DNA of 64,000 nt, taken from the NCBI GenBank assembly GCA_047967505.1, contig CM106538.1. The stretch is one strand, 5' to 3'. The notes below the pieces were generated by a model. It saw nothing but the letters and a program-made list of their open reading frames with translations. It had not been told where the DNA came from and searched no databases. How positions within the stretch are numbered: the stretch's first letter is position 1; the number at the start of each line of letters is the position of its first letter. The position numbers and the translations under genes were made by a program. The DNA comes from Dipteris shenzhenensis (Eukaryota). This document shows, one piece after another, positions 26,765 to 41,586 of this stretch.

Positions 26765-28098
26765 ATGCCTAAAAAAATGAGCATCAACACCAAGGCAGAA
26801 GACGCACGCGCTCGCAAAGCCACTACTTCTCTAGAGAAGAAGGAGAAGGAAGCCAGAGATAAGGAAGAAGCTTACTGGAGGGATGCAGAGGGAGCCAAGT
26901 CAAAGGCAGCCAAGAAGAGGGAGGAAGAGGCTGAAAAGCGGGCGGAAGCATTAGCGAAGAAGGCTGAGGCTAAAAGGTTAGCTGAACAAGAGGAGAAGGA
27001 ATTGGAAAGGCTCGGTAAGAAAGTAGATAAGAAGTTGGGCAGGGTTGCACTGCCCGTGCCCAAAGTCACTGCGGCAGAGCTTGCCCGGCAGAAAGAAGAA
27101 GAAGAACGTCAGCTTCAGGCCCAGTCCGAAGCTTCAAAGAAAAGGGATCTTCGGACGGCTGGCACAGAGGAGTATGAGAGATTGGTTGCAGTGGAGAATA
27201 CAAACAGAGTCGAGAATTTGGTTGATGCCCGTTCTCTTGAAACAGCTCTTGCTCAGATGAACCTGGCAGGTGAACTTGCCCCAGATCGGCATCCAGAAAG
27301 AAGACTCAAAGCGTCATTTAAGGTGCTTTCCTTGGTCCAGTTTTTCCTAATGTTAGAAATGTGGTTGCGAAGATGTTCAAACAATCAAACAGGAGCTTTA
27401 ACGCTATGTCTCTCACTCTCTTGGATGCTGCGAGTTGTACCCACTATCGTCACCTGAGTCTCAAATCTCAGCATGCTACAGCTCTCTGATAGTTGCCAGT
27501 CGCTTGAGTCTCAAATCCCAGCATGCTACAGCTCTCTGATAGTTGCCAGTCTCCGGGTTATATATCTGATTTTGCTTGAGCTATTGAGCTCTGTAGAGTT
27601 ATCAGGTTATTAGTCTATCAGGTTATCAGTTTTTCAGTTTGTCAGTTTAGTAGTCTTAACACCCAGCAAGGGCCTTAGTACGCCCTTTGCTCCAGCCCAT
27701 TGAGGCTTGTCCTTTTAGTGTACTTTGTACCTTGTCCCATAGGCCCGTGAGGTCTTCCACGGACGTTAATACATCTTTCTTTCTTTCTTTCTCTCTCTCT
27801 CTCTTTTTTTCCTTCTCCCCCAGGCCTCTGTCTCTCTCGCGCCCCTCATCTTTCATATTTCTCTCTCTTTCATCTTATGTCCTTTTTTTAGTACTTCTAA
27901 TTCTGCAAGATTGGTTGTATTCCATCTTACAAAGGATATTTGTGTTGTTGCTTTACGCAGGCTTTTGAAGAATCTGAATTACCAAGGCTTAAGGAAGAGA
28001 AGCCAGGGCTGACACACACACAATATAAAGATATGATCTGGAAGCTATGGAAGAAATCACTAGATAATCCACTTAATCAGGCTGGTCAGGCAGAATAA
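26765..28098 (+). CDS. CCDC124: Coiled-coil domain-containing protein 124 / Lso2 / Oxs1 homologue (ribosome-associated); exons 26765-27322 and 27961-28098, 231 aa
   Basis: MPKKM..NTKAEDARARK start and DRHPERRLKASFK|AFEESELPRLKEEKPGLTHTQYKDMIWKLWKKS.DNPLNQ; phase-0 GT..CAG intron. Confidence 0.92.
27660..27805 (+). mobile_element. 5'-truncated LINE 3' end inside the CCDC124 intron
   Basis: ataggcccgtgaggtcttccacggacgttaatacatc(tttc)n matches the LINE termini at 1505-1630. Confidence 0.55.
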
Positions 28099-29019
28099 AT
28101 ATTGAGACTTTCGAGGTCCTTGGGGCATGCTATGCTGTGGCACTTGGAGAACCCAGCTACAGCTGGAGAAAGATGACGAGACAGATTTTATTGACAGATA
28201 AAAGGAATGATTCATAATGTAAAGGTTAGGGCCTTCTCCATAGCTGCTCCTGCTCACAAAATAATGCTATTTGGAAATTGTGACTTATTTCTGAGCTTCA
28301 TCCACGTTTGGTTTGTAGATTGCCATGTGTTACAAAATGAAGGGCATGCTAGAGTATATGCCTGAAGTGCAAATCAAGACATTGGTGCTATCTGCCATTC
28401 AAGAAACTGGAAAATGTCTTTATGTAAAGGCATGTTTAGCTACATTGGTTATTGATGGATCTTTATTTTTAGGTCTCTTCACCTATAGATGTATATGTGT
28501 GTATTGGATACAGGGTTTTGGTGACAGGTCTTAGCAGGCATTTCCGTACTATTTGGAATATTTAGAAAAGTCGCAACAATTGTTGCTGTTGCTGTTGGTT
28601 TACTTTGCACGTTTTAATATTTCTTGTTGATGCTAGGCAGCTAGCCTTAGAAGCTTTTCTGAATCCAGTTAGATTTACAAGTGTGTTACCTCTCTTTTTT
28701 TGGTTGCAAAATGGCGTTGTAATGGCTAAATTACTGTGGATGCCATGTCAAAAGTAATTTTAATTATTTTTTGAGGGTCATGATCAATAAAAGGAGATTG
28801 GCATTATCAAGTTGCATGCAAGGAGCTCGGATTCTTGCATCAATCATTTGCCAAAGTGTACCTAGTGGTTGTGCCTGCATTTTAGAATGGAGTGCCTAAC
28901 ATTTTTGTGCCTTCCAATGGTTTTTATTTGTATAGTTCCCATGCCTATATGCATGCAAGCTTGTGCGTGCGTGTGTGTGTGTGTGTGTGTACACCTAACC
29001 TTATGTGTCTAGTGCGCAT

Positions 29020-29770
29020 ACTTATCAAGTTGCAAGAATTGAAAGATCCATGTTAAAGGCACCTACCTGACTGTGTGAGTAGGTTGACTGAATGTAAACC
29101 CTAGTCCACCGCACCCTATTATAGGGGATTGTATATAAGGAACTGGATAAGCTCAGCTTTATCTGATAGTTGACCTGCAACCCTTTTTTGAAAAGAGACC
29201 AAGCTTGAGGAACTCTCTCATTGCTAAGCTGATTAATTTTGAAAATAGCTGACAATCATAGAGTCTACTGCCATAAAATGACCCTTCCTTGATGACCAGC
29301 CCAATTGAGCCTCGATTGCCTCAAATGAGTTCCTCATGGACCTCCATAAGGGGCCTTCTTTGGCAGTGCATGGTTCAGGGTTTTTCTTAGCTGTAGCATA
29401 GGGAAATTCTTCCACCTGTTTTTCCAAACTCCTCTCACCCATTGAAAGTTTCTCAATAGGAGCTGAGGCAATTGGGAATGGCTTTGTCAACCCATGTTGC
29501 AGAAAGTTTGAGAAGCAGCCTGAATGTTAATAACTCCCAAGCCCCCTCTTTTTAAAATCTACCAATCCTAATAAACTGGTTTGACACCTTTCCGAGAGAG
29601 AGACCAGCAAGAAAGAAAATATATGGCCATAGAATAGATACAGTGATTGAGGACCATCGTCCTCCCACATCTTTCTCCTAGGTTAGCTTGATAGACCTTC
29701 AACTTTTTGACCTTTTTCCTGAATTTTTGTAAAAACCAGTCCCATCTTTGTTTCATTGTAATTCCCAAAC
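29020..29770 (-). mobile_element. Degraded L1 ORF2 post-RT fragment
   Basis: GRTMVLNHCIYSMAIYFLSCW and KRGGLGVIN motifs. Confidence 0.7.
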
Positions 29771-30099
29771 CCTACATGTGACTTGAATGAAGACATTGTA
29801 GTAGAGGCACGTCCATTACACACAGAATATGTTGTTCAAAAGAGACTCCAAACCCATGGGTTGCTAGTAGCTACAAAGCTAGGTGCCACGATAGGTTCAA
29901 AAAAATTGGGGCACTCCAAGCTCCACTAGTTGCTACAAAGCTGCTTGCCTGCACATATGAAAGGGAGGCATAGAAACTAAGATAGATCATACACGTTCTT
30001 GTATGACTGGAGCATGCCGTCCAGTGTTTTGGCACATGTGATGGGTCAACAGTGATAGAGAGGTGGAATTTAGTGCCTGAGAATAATCATCTCTAGCTA

Positions 30100-33000
30100 T
30101 ATACACCTTTAGGTGATATCAAAGTCTTGTCATCAAATTCATTTTGGTGAGGCCATCTAATTGTTTTTGTTGTCATGTTCTCCATCTAACTAATCAAGAA
30201 GGGAGATGCTTTCACTGAGAAGAACGCTAGCTTCCATCCTGTGGAACAGATAGCCCAATTGTCTTGGTCCTCCTTCAGAGAGGTAGTGTGTTGCCCAGCT
30301 GGAAGTATACAGATATAACTGGGCTAAATGTTCAGCTGTTGCCCAATATATAATGATATAACACAGGCAATTCAGCTCCGGAGTTACCCTTTTGCAACCT
30401 AAAATCGAATAGGTGATTAGATTAAAACATTCGCTTTAGGAAGCACAAGACGTCCAACAAACTCCTAGAGTCCACAATCCATAGGATTTGAAAAAACTGC
30501 TAAAGCATAATCCAAGGCCCACACAAGAATCTACATGCCAATTAAAAAAACAAAAACAAAGCGGTGAGAATCGTTTTCAACTACATATATTTTACCCATG
30601 GAATTCAGAACTCTCAATAACAAATATACAAAATAGAGTCCCACATCAGCATCTATAAGAAACACACAACTCATTCGAATTGCAATGAACAAGATAGAAG
30701 AAACTTTGAAGCCATTAACAAAAAATAACCACCATATAGAGTTTTCCACAATTGAATTCAACATGACATGTAGATCCTTGAACAAGCTTTGACCAAACTA
30801 AAATGCAGCCTAAAACAAATTTTCCTTGAAACCGGCAACCTCCACCAACTTCAATAATCAAGGCCTCATCTTCACTTGATTATCTTTAATGATCAAGGCT
30901 TCATGTTCTCTTGAGGTTATGCAAGAACCACATCAATTCTTTGGCCTACATCTCTCAAAGGATTAGATTGGAGGCCCCATGCCACATATGTGAACACAAA
31001 AGCTATAATGATCAATATAACACTTGTAGGTGGATAAAACCTCAAAATACATATGAATGAGCAATAGTGACAACCCTCCTCCATCGTCAAGCCCGAGTGT
31101 CTTTATCTGCTTGCCAATTTGCTTTCAATACATAAAGAATAGATCCAATTCTTTTTAGGAAAAGTGATCAATAAAGATGATGGAATAGAAAGCTCTATTT
31201 CAGCACAGAGTTGGGGTGTAACACCAAATATCTAATTGAGCAGTTTGGAGAATGTTTAACTACTAGACCATGAGAATTGCCATTGTTGTTTGAGCAACAT
31301 TTCTCAAGCATGAACAATCTATAAGCAATATTTACAACCTATTGAGAATACTTTTTTAGTAGTTATTTATAGATTCCTAGCATATTGCACCTGGGTTGCT
31401 AACCATAGATTCCATTGCCATAGCCTTGGCTTGATCGGCCGAAAAATTGTAGTGTATATGTGTACAAAATGAAAAATCAAACATTGAGCAATCTAAGATG
31501 CAAAAAATGAGGGTTCATATGCTTGATATAAATATGAGAAAAATACAAAGTTCCCTCCCCCTTTTAAAAAATTTCAAACTTTTCTTTTAACTTTTAAGAA
31601 AAGGTCCAAAAATGGAGGTGGGGGCGCATAAGAGCATATTGCTTGCACCTGGGTTGCTAACCATAGATTCCATTACCATAGCCTTGGCTTGATCGGCCAA
31701 AAAATTGTAGTATTTATGTGTACAAAATGAAAAATCAAACATTGAGCAATCTAAGATGCAAAGAATGAGGGTTCATATGCTTGATATAAATATGAGAAGA
31801 ATACAAAGTTTCCTCCCCCTTTTAAAAAAATTCAAACTTTTCTTTTAACTTTTAAGAAAAAGTCCAAAAATGGAGGTGGGGGCGCAAGCCCCCAACGTTG
31901 GTATTGTTGGGCTTGCAACCATTTTGGGTTCCCACCATTTTTTGCCCAAAAAAAAAGAGCTTGAAAAAATTCAGCCCAAAAATGGTTGCAGACCCTCCAA
32001 CGCTGACAATAGGGGGTCTACTTTTTAGGCCGATATATTCTTTAAAAGAATAGGCGTCTAAGCTCAAAAAGTGGTCGCAAACCCCTGATGTCAATGTTAG
32101 TGTATTTGTGACCACTTTTGGACCCCCAACACCATTTTTGGGCACCCAACACTAGCATTTGGGAGCTCTAGGAACATTTTTGGTCCTTAGCGTTGGTGGG
32201 GGCCCAAAATGGTCACAAAACCCCTAACATTGAATGGTCGGGATTCAAGTGTGAAGCACAATTCTAACATTTGGAGTAAAGTACTAAACTAACATAGTAT
32301 TTAAATAAAAAGTCATTTTTAATCATTAGATGAAAATTGAAATGTTTAGAGTTTGCATTTAGCATTGTCATACAATTGTAAAGCATAACTATAAGCAATG
32401 TGTTGACTACTACCATCAATAACAAATCGTTTGCACTCCCATTTAACATTGCTATTCAATTCTTAAGTAGAATTTCAAGCATGGTTCTAACATTTGGAGT
32501 ATTGCAATTAACATTGGTTTCTCAGATGCTGTGGAGCTCAATGTGTTAACCTCTATCGTCCACGGAAATGGCCTTCATTGCTCAAGGATGAATTTTTCTT
32601 AGGAAATTTTGCTTGAGAAATTGTAGTTGTTTACAATGCTCATACAACATGATTCACATATAGATTTTTGAAAATAGGATGCAAAAGGCCTTAAATCATT
32701 TTTTCTCTTTTTAGTAAAACCAAATGTCCAAACCCTAGTGTCCAAGCCTCTTATGTTACAATGTGCTTAAGTAAGCATCTTGGTTTTGGTGATCAGAAAT
32801 GAATACTCTTTGCATAGGACTTCTTGTTTTGGCCTAAATGAGATGATCAAATTTCATGATGGTGCATCCATATGAAAAGTTCCATATAATTGTCTATCAT
32901 TTGTCCAAATAAGAAAATAATTCTTGCCATCTTACATACGTAAAAAGCATCAAGACCTATATTACAACGAACTATAATGTTATTCACTACTTGAATCTTA

Positions 33001-34220
33001 TGTGGTGTTTTACCACCATATTTTCTTTTGCTTTTTTGTTCAAATGTAGTTTTGAGAACTAATCCTTTTGATATGTCATATAATTACTGGCATTGTGTCA
33101 TATGATTACTAGCACCTAAATCAAACCATGGAATGTTTTAATATGAATTATCCTATGCAATGGGAGTTTTTATGATAGCATACTAAGAAATGAGAACTTT
33201 ATGATGCACTTTATTGTCTAAGGACTAACTTAATCTCGCTCATTAGCGTAACAGGTAGTCAACCTATGTTATTTGATTACTTTGATTTTGATTTTGTGTT
33301 GAAGGTGGCACTAGCTACCAACTCGATGATATTGTTCATTGGCAATATCACATTGTTTTTTCTTGCATTCAAGTTTTTGATGTTCTAGAATTCCATAATA
33401 ATTGCAACTTCTTATGATTCTTTTTGGATTATTTTGATGGCAACCTCCTATATTTGAGTTACCTTGATCTCTAGCATTCCATGTCCCCTTCTAATTGGTG
33501 ATTATCATGACCTTGCTTGAATGTCTAGTAGGGCTATGAGGATAGTTTCATCTAGCTTGATTTTTTGGCCTGAGTTTATCTCTGTTCCATTGGAAGCTTG
33601 GTACCTCTTCTTACTTGTTCTTGCATAAGCATGTCTAACATGATTTCAAAAGTTGGCAAAGTATCTCTTGCGATCATAGTGGTCACAAATCAATCATAAT
33701 CTTGTACCAAGACCGTTGAGTGGAGCAAACTTTTCATCTTGACTTCTTGACCAATAGAGTTAATTGATTGTATGATTGTATGCCTTTAAGTCTAACTAAG
33801 TAATCTAGACATATCTTTGTTTGAAACTTGATGGAATATTTAGTTGATCCTCAAGCATAATGGATATATTCTCTAATGCTTTCCTTGGATCCATATGAGT
33901 TTTAACCTTTGATAATTAGGATTAATCCTATTTGGTTTCTATGATGATGTCATACAAATTCTTCATTTGGAAGATATTGATTAGGTCAAATTTCTTATTC
34001 CACAATTAGTCATCCAATTCATGATTTCAGTTGTTGCAAGATGATTCCATCATATTTAGTATATGGATAGACACTTGTGAATTAAGCTGGTCCTCAAAGA
34101 ATAATGAATTTGGACCCAAAGGGATACTTAAGGATTCTGGCTAGGGTTAAAATTGTGACCAGAGATGAAATCGTCAACTAAGACACACGGTAGCTCAATG
34201 CCTAGGAAAGCTCTGATACA
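30100..34220 (-). mobile_element. Old Ty1/copia element, interrupted by an unrelated AT-rich insertion (~31340-33200)
   Basis: PBS-like gctctgatac at ~34210; gag LNGL..FVTTMIARDTLPTFEIMLDMLMQEQ (~33600-33720); integrase DIW..IIFIDHFS and GKQIKTLGLDDGG (~31070-31250); RT RSLVGRLV (~30450). Confidence 0.7.
31380..31886. repeat. Tandem duplication of ~258 bp
   Basis: gcacctgggttgctaaccatagattcc...aaaatggaggtgggggcgca present twice with few differences. Confidence 0.93.
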
Positions 34221-35749
34221 AGGGATACCAACTAGGGTGGATGACTATACATAGAGCAAATAACTCTCTCTTGAAGACATAAAAGACACTTACAGGCCAA
34301 ACCCTCCAAAACTGTGTCGGTCTCTCAGTAGTCAAGGATGTCACACGCTCCCAAACACTATGCAAGGTAGATACAATTAAACTAAAGACTTACATAAGAG
34401 GACATTGCCAGAGCAATGGCATTGTAAATATCAAGGTCATATGGAAGAGTGGACCATCACAAGGAAGAAGGGCTAGTAAAGAGTAGTAAGAAATGGATGA
34501 GCTTGCAAGTATCACGAGGAGTAGAGGATGATCGTGCTAGTAGGGGTGTGAGAATATGTTTGTGAGCGACAAGGAGATCACAAGGACCAAAAAGAGAGCT
34601 CAGAAAGCTAGAGCACGTAGTCCCATGAGGAGCTATAGTTGACATAGTATTTTTTAAGAAAAGAAAAAGGCCGACAGGGGGCTATATGAGTAGCTTGTTC
34701 ATCACAAGGGTAAATACATACAAATACATAGAGGTTTTTCAATGCTTGAACTTGGTTGAGAAGTAAGCTTTTGCTTTTTGAACACGTACTTCAATGATAC
34801 TCAAATGGAGTTTAAATACTCCACTAATGGGTGTTGATTCGATCACATATTCAAGCAATTGCATGTAAAGCAATGCACAAAATTAGTGAAGCATAGGCAC
34901 TCTTAATGCATTAGAATATGCAACATACAAGTCATAGGACTTGGAAAATCTTTATAGGTATTATGTCATGGAGGGAAAAAAGAGCGGAAATAGAGATGGT
35001 TTTGTTGGATGTTTTTTGCTTGGAAGAGCATATTTTAGACATTTTCCCCTCCCTACATGACATAACACTCCAAGGGAAAAGGAGAGTGGGCAATAAAGAA
35101 TTTTCACATCAATAGTAGAGACATGCCGCATCAATGGTGCTCAAGGGTGTGGAAAATAGCACCTTGAAGTCTAGAGCATGCAGTGATATTCCCATGGTCC
35201 CCCTCTCCCATGCATTCCCACTCTATTTTCCATGGTGCATTTTGCATAGCATAACAAAAATACCTATTTTCCGTCTTTTGATGGCATAAGACTCATAGGT
35301 GATTAAAATTTAAGACCGAAACACGTTGGAGACACATAGCTCCTCAAACAATTCACAACAAGGAAAATAAATAGCCATCAATATCAATGAGTTTAATCAA
35401 TGACTTTGAATGTCACTGTTAAACCTAGAGCATAGACAATATGCTAAGGTTGCTCAAAATGCAACACTAGACAATGAAACAACTAAGATCGGCAAGACAC
35501 CTAACAAAGGCATATGGGATCATCTACACAGATTGTTCTATTATACCATGTTGAAAGGATTGGGGGGAGAGTGTGAGAGAAAGCGGGTGCACAAGAGAGG
35601 TGAGAGCATCACAATTGATGTAGATGGTGAGGAGTTTATAGAAGGGAGTGGAGCCCTTTAGTCCACGTGTTCTAGTCCACTTGGGACATGCCATTTGTCA
35701 AATTAATACTTAGAGAATTTAAATAGCCATGAATTGAAAATATTTAAGA

Positions 35750-38700
35750 ACATTGACTTTCACAAAATCCTTGAAAAGAGAGGTTGGAATGTAGAAACAA
35801 CATCATATGGGGTGCAAATGAGGATCACCACATGTAGCAGCTAAACCTAACATTGACATATTTTTGTATTCCATTGGCTCTAAATACAATGATATTCCTA
35901 GAAATCTAGATGAAACCCACAAGAGAGTCTAATCAAACATTATCATCCCTCTAATAAATAGGAGGGATACAACTTAAATATAACAATCGCAATGTGTCAA
36001 AATATCTCAGAGAAGCTAGGAAAAATTTAGAACCATGGATAGGTATATCTAAATTACAAAACTCAACCAAAGAGGATGTCTGAATCACTAATCCTAATAC
36101 GAATCTCCCACATAGACACTATCACAATCACTTTATTCGTCAAAACTATTGAACACAAACTCCATCCTAAACTAGAAATCGAGTAAGATCTTTCTTTAAC
36201 AATGTAAAAATGCAAGTTGTAGCTTGTACAAAACGGATATAAAGGATAAAGTATTATATGAGTAACATATTGGCTCATATGGACTGAAAAATAAAATCTA
36301 AATGAGAGAGATATGCAATAAAACAAAATAGTATCTAAGATGGCTCACGATAGCAACTACATGGCCTCAAATTTCCATGTAGAGGGTGAAAACGAGTAGT
36401 GCCATTTATAAATCATGTAATGCGTTTCCAGGTGAACGCATTGAAGCGAAGATGATGGCCTTTGCACAGAGGACCTATGCCCAATTTTGAAATTTAGCTT
36501 GAAGGAAGCTTTGCACAATAGAAACAACTTGAGAGAGCAAGGTGGAAGTAGGAGGAAGCAAGAAGGAGGAGGTAAGGTGTGAGCACTAGATACAATGGAA
36601 GGTGGAGATGGTTGCGTGCTTGGACAAAGAAGATGGAAGAGCTTAAGGATGCACAAGAATGAAGAATGAACAATAAAGCACAGAAACACCTATTCCTAAC
36701 ACTTGATAGCACAAAATGCTAAAATGCTAAATAACGAAAAGCAAAAGCTATTTATGTACATACTTTAAATCCAAACAAATATTCTAACCTAGTGAAAATG
36801 GGATTAAAAGATGTAAGATTACAGAGTTTTTAATATTTCTTTGTGCATAGAATTAACTACACATTTAGGCCTAGAATATTTCAGTGTCCTAGGCTTGCTA
36901 AGGTCGATACTTAGGCTAGGCTCCTTAGAATTAACTCAAACTAAAATTATTAGCCAAAGCTCACTGTGTATTATCTAATCTGCATGTGAGTGATTAGGGT
37001 AAATATAAATTCACTCAAAGACTCTTTGTTTTGGTCACTTTGCCCACCTTATGCGTTAGAACTATATAGTCTTATTTCACCCTGGTATATCGACCACATG
37101 TTGATACTTTTGATATAGCCTTCCTTTTGATACTTTTGTGAAGTGTCTTAACCTAGCAACTTTCATGGTGGAGGTGAAATGTTATGTTGTCACGTTTCAC
37201 CTTTTGGACTGAAAAAGATGGAAAGTTGTCAAACTAAAACTTATCTCTATCTTTCGTACGCTTGGGTCTATCATGTTCAAATTTCCCTCATTACTTGTCT
37301 TATCCTCAATCTAGTTTGCAAAGCAATCATCTTCTTCAAATCTAACACATTAAAACATGAGACCTCTTTCTAGATACTTTTAGGCAAACCACTCAAAAAC
37401 TTTCGAGACTACTCACTCTCAGTGAAAGGATGGAAAATCTAAACCTTCAACAAAATATCCCAAGATCTCTTTGGATATCCCTCATAGACTCACCCATCCT
37501 TTGCTTGAAGCTATCTCACTCTACAAACATGTCTTCAAGCTAAGCCACTTTATGAACATGTGTTGTTAAAAATCAAGAGAAAGAAAATGCTCTCTAATAT
37601 GTAACCCAAGTTTTAGACATTACACCTTGAGACGCAAGATTCTGATGCCACAATGTTGTTGATCTATCACATAAGAGTAAAAAATGTTAGCATTCCTCAT
37701 CCCATGGGCTCCTTGCGTGAAAAGTGTGTGTCCAAACACTATATCCATCCTAATACTTACTCATCTTCTTCCTCATGTATATTCCTCATCATGATATGTG
37801 AGCTCATCCTTATTGTGTAGTTCTCCACATCCTCGTCATCATCTTCTCAACCCTGAAACTTTCATGGCTATGCTACCTTTTCTTCTCTGTGCGTCTCTCA
37901 TCAATCAATCTAGTCTCTCCCCTTTGTTGAAATCCATCCCTTGGCTAAACGATTTGCATCTCTAGTCTTATCTGGCTTCCCTAGGGCCTTTTGGAGAGCT
38001 TAATCTATTTCTTAAAGTCTAACTCAATTCCAATCTTGAGTTAACGAGTTAAAATAAGTCATCCATTTTTGCTTCTAGGAGGTCTCTGTGCAACAAATCC
38101 TATTTCTTACACACCTCCTCTTCATCTATACTTCAATCAAGTGGGAACATCTCCTAGGGGCTTCCGAGGGACAAGTGACATCATGCCTCCGATATTAGAA
38201 ATAAGAAAACACAAACTCACAAACTTCCTTTTTACATACGTTCAACAGGAGCAAAAATAGGCTGATGCAAGGCTATAATTCCAATGCCAACAATTTAAAT
38301 CACTATAAGGAAAGAAAGCAAAGGGCATGTTTTCAATTATTTCTTTAGCCATGACTTGGAAATTATCAACAACCTGAGCTTCATAGCATGAAGATAGATA
38401 GGGACACTAAAAGAGTGACATTATATTTGATGCAACCAAAGCTAAGCCCTAACATGTTTGTGTAGTATGCTAATGCTTGGCTCTAAATGCAATGATATAC
38501 CTAGAATTTTGGACGAAACCAATAATTCCTAGGAGAGTCTAATGAATCTCCTTTAACAAGGATGAGGAATAGAACATGAATATGACAATGGCAATGTGCC
38601 CAATTATTGGCAAAGCTAAGAAAGGTGTAGAACCATTGATAATCATATTTGGATGTCAAAACTCAACCAAAAAGGACAAGTGAACTGATAATCCCCACGA

Positions 38701-39330
38701 AATTAGTACAAATCTCACACATAAGCACTATCACAATCATTTGTACCTGTTGATGGTATCAATATTCTGATCAAACGATATAAACATACTCCATCATAAA
38801 GTAGACATCACTATAAAACCAAGATCTATCCTCCACTTCTATCAAAATGCAAGCTCTAACGTAGAACCAACAAGTTAAATTGAAATTGTTGATTCTATCC
38901 GTGAAAGGGGTACAAAACTTATGTAGAGGGTTATAGAATTGTAGAAGTAGCACAATGACTAAAACAAACTAAGGAACAAAATCCAAAAGATAATTTTTCT
39001 GAAATGCAAAATCCTTTTTCAAGTGGTGCAAGACAATAACTTGATGACCTCTCATGTCATCATAGCCAAAGAAAACGAGTACATTGAAGCAAACGATGAA
39101 GAAAATGATTATCAAACAAAGGACTTATCAAAATTTTCAAAATTCAACTTGAAGGGAACTTTGTACAATGGGAAATATTTATTAGGGAAGAGAGCGAGGT
39201 GGGGTAGAAGAAAGAAAGAAGATGGCTTAGTAGTAGGAGGTAAGGTATAAGCATTGTTTATGGTGAAACGAATAGATATCTACCTAGTTGGAGAACCAAG
39301 ATGCGAGAGCTTAAGCATTACGACCCTATG
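35750..39330 (-). mobile_element. Two diverged copies of a heavily decayed copia-like RT region (~35750-36700 and ~38330-39330)
   Basis: Shared ttggctctaaat(a/g)caatgata..cctagaa and aaaactcaaccaaa blocks; minus-strand IVSVYVGD (YVDD-like); PBS-like tctgatgcca at ~37641. Confidence 0.5.
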
Positions 39331-40889
39331 AACATCACGTCACCTGGATGTTGAATGGTTATACACTGTATAAAGCCTCAGCTATGAAGACCATGCAAAA
39401 GACATCCTTGAAGATAAAGAGGACCAATGCACTAGATTTGATGAGAATAACAAACAAATATGTGAAGAGAACTCACCAAAACACCCATGGAGTAAAGATG
39501 TGCGCACTAGATTTAAAATGCATTTCAATATCCATGGAGTAAAGTAGGCCTATTACAGTGACACTACATAGTGCAATTTCTTACCATTGTAAAATGGATA
39601 GGAATGAACTATATGTTCTAATTTCACCGCACATATAATTATTCTACATATCAATACTTGAACAAACTTCTCATGGGTTGAAAATTTGAAATCATCATGG
39701 AGCCTGTGTCAAGATTTATTACCGCCATGAATATGCAACATAACTTTTCATTGTAGAATATACTATAAATGAGGGTGATGTACATCATTACAATGGCATT
39801 CACTTGCAATTCCAAGATGTGTTCTAGCAAAAACTCATGGATTTCAACAGCATTTTGAACTTTGAATATGTACAAACTTACTCGTGTACTGTTGAAGGTT
39901 TTGAAACAAACAAACCAATGCCACAAGGATTGGGCTCAACATTACTCTACAAGGCTGATCTCTCCAAGAGGAAGAGCTTTCAATATTCAAAGTTAGCTTC
40001 TTGCTATGATCCATCGTCCTTTGCCTTGCCCCTCTTGAAAAAAGAAAGAGTCCAATGTTTTGAGAAGAAAGAGAGAAACAAGAAGGCATCAATGAAGGCT
40101 TTTGTGCGTGTGCATGTGTGGTTGAAATGGGTCACAAAACAATTAGAAAGAGCTATCAAAATAAATAAAGCAAAAAATGTCATATGAACATACTACACTT
40201 CAAAATAATATTCAATTTATATACAATAGTGTTGTGTAAACAATGTTTAATACATAACGATTCAATGGAGATCTTGCTATCAAGCTAGGCCTATCATTGA
40301 TGTGTCCAACATCATCTTTTAACATGAAACATGTTACATGATTGCTATTAATGTAAAGATGTAAGCAAAAATAATTGAACGTCATTTTCGGGCCCTAGCT
40401 TTGCTGGTGCTAATGCACACTGGACTGTCACGGCAACATTGATCTCATAAGCCCTCCTTGTGCCCCTCCAAAGTCTCAAACTAGTCGTCACTCATTCCTT
40501 TTCTACATTCTCCTACATTCTACAAGTTCAAGCTTCTTGCATAGTCACCAAAAATTCGTGAAAAGTCTCAAACTAGTGGTTATTCCTTATCCTAGATTTT
40601 GCTTCTTGAAGCATTAGCACATTTGAACTTGGCAAAACAATCCATTGCTCTAACTCTCATTTCTAAGATTCAAGGCCTTGGCTCATATACCTCGAGTCCT
40701 ACGGACAAGTTTTGGTCATGGGGCTTAGTGAATCCCTAAAGCATTAGGGGATATCATATGTTTGCATTAGAGATCCCTCTTCCTTGCTGAAAAGATATAT
40801 AAACAATCACTTCTTGGGGTGAAGTTCAACAAAGAAGCTGCATAGCCAGATTAACAATTCAAGAGTGAATATGCATCCACAAAATATAA

Positions 40890-40892
<3 letters not shown>

Positions 40893-40925
<33 letters not shown>
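40893..40925. repeat. (GT)n microsatellite
   Basis: Perfect dinucleotide run. Confidence 0.95.
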
Positions 40926-40928
<3 letters not shown>

Positions 40929-41586
40929 TTCATCAACTGAGAAATGAATCTATCCAATCTACTTTAAAAACACAAGCTCAATGTCTTTTTGTGACGAATT
41001 TGCAATGCTAAAGAACTCCAATGCCTATCCTTTAGTTTTGTTGCTCTCAAAACGAAATCAATATGAACAATGCAAAGAGGAACTGGGACGGACAATTCTA
41101 CTTAACTTTCAAATATGCTCAGTAAATCAGCAAGACAATTTAAAAGGCAAAGCAGCCAAGACGTGTCCCTGTTCAATTAACCTTAGCAGCCAGCAGGGTC
41201 CTTGACAAAATTACAATTATGAGAGAAAAGCTCATGCTTAGCTGGCAGCAATCCCCTCTGATAACATTGCTGAACAAAATACTCTTCCAATAAACGTCCC
41301 TTCAAGTCAAACCAAACAGCTGATTAGTTTCAAGAGCTCCAAGGACAGTTTGAAACAATAGAACAAAACAGTCGAGAAAATTTTGAAACATCTACTACTT
41401 GAACATAATCTGCAAAGCAAGGTAAATCTTCCTAGCTACACTTTCCATAAGATATGTCATGATGTTATGGTAGCTTCTAGACCTGGCCTAAATTCTTACA
41501 GTTCAACTCACCAAAAAAAATATAGACTATTCTAGTCTTATGAAGAGAATATTACTCATTGGTCCATTCGGTACACAAGGAGGACC

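Noticed and set aside
27323-27457. C-terminus of the 230-aa ORF
   Set aside because: This is intron read-through; the conserved C-terminus is encoded at 27961-28098.
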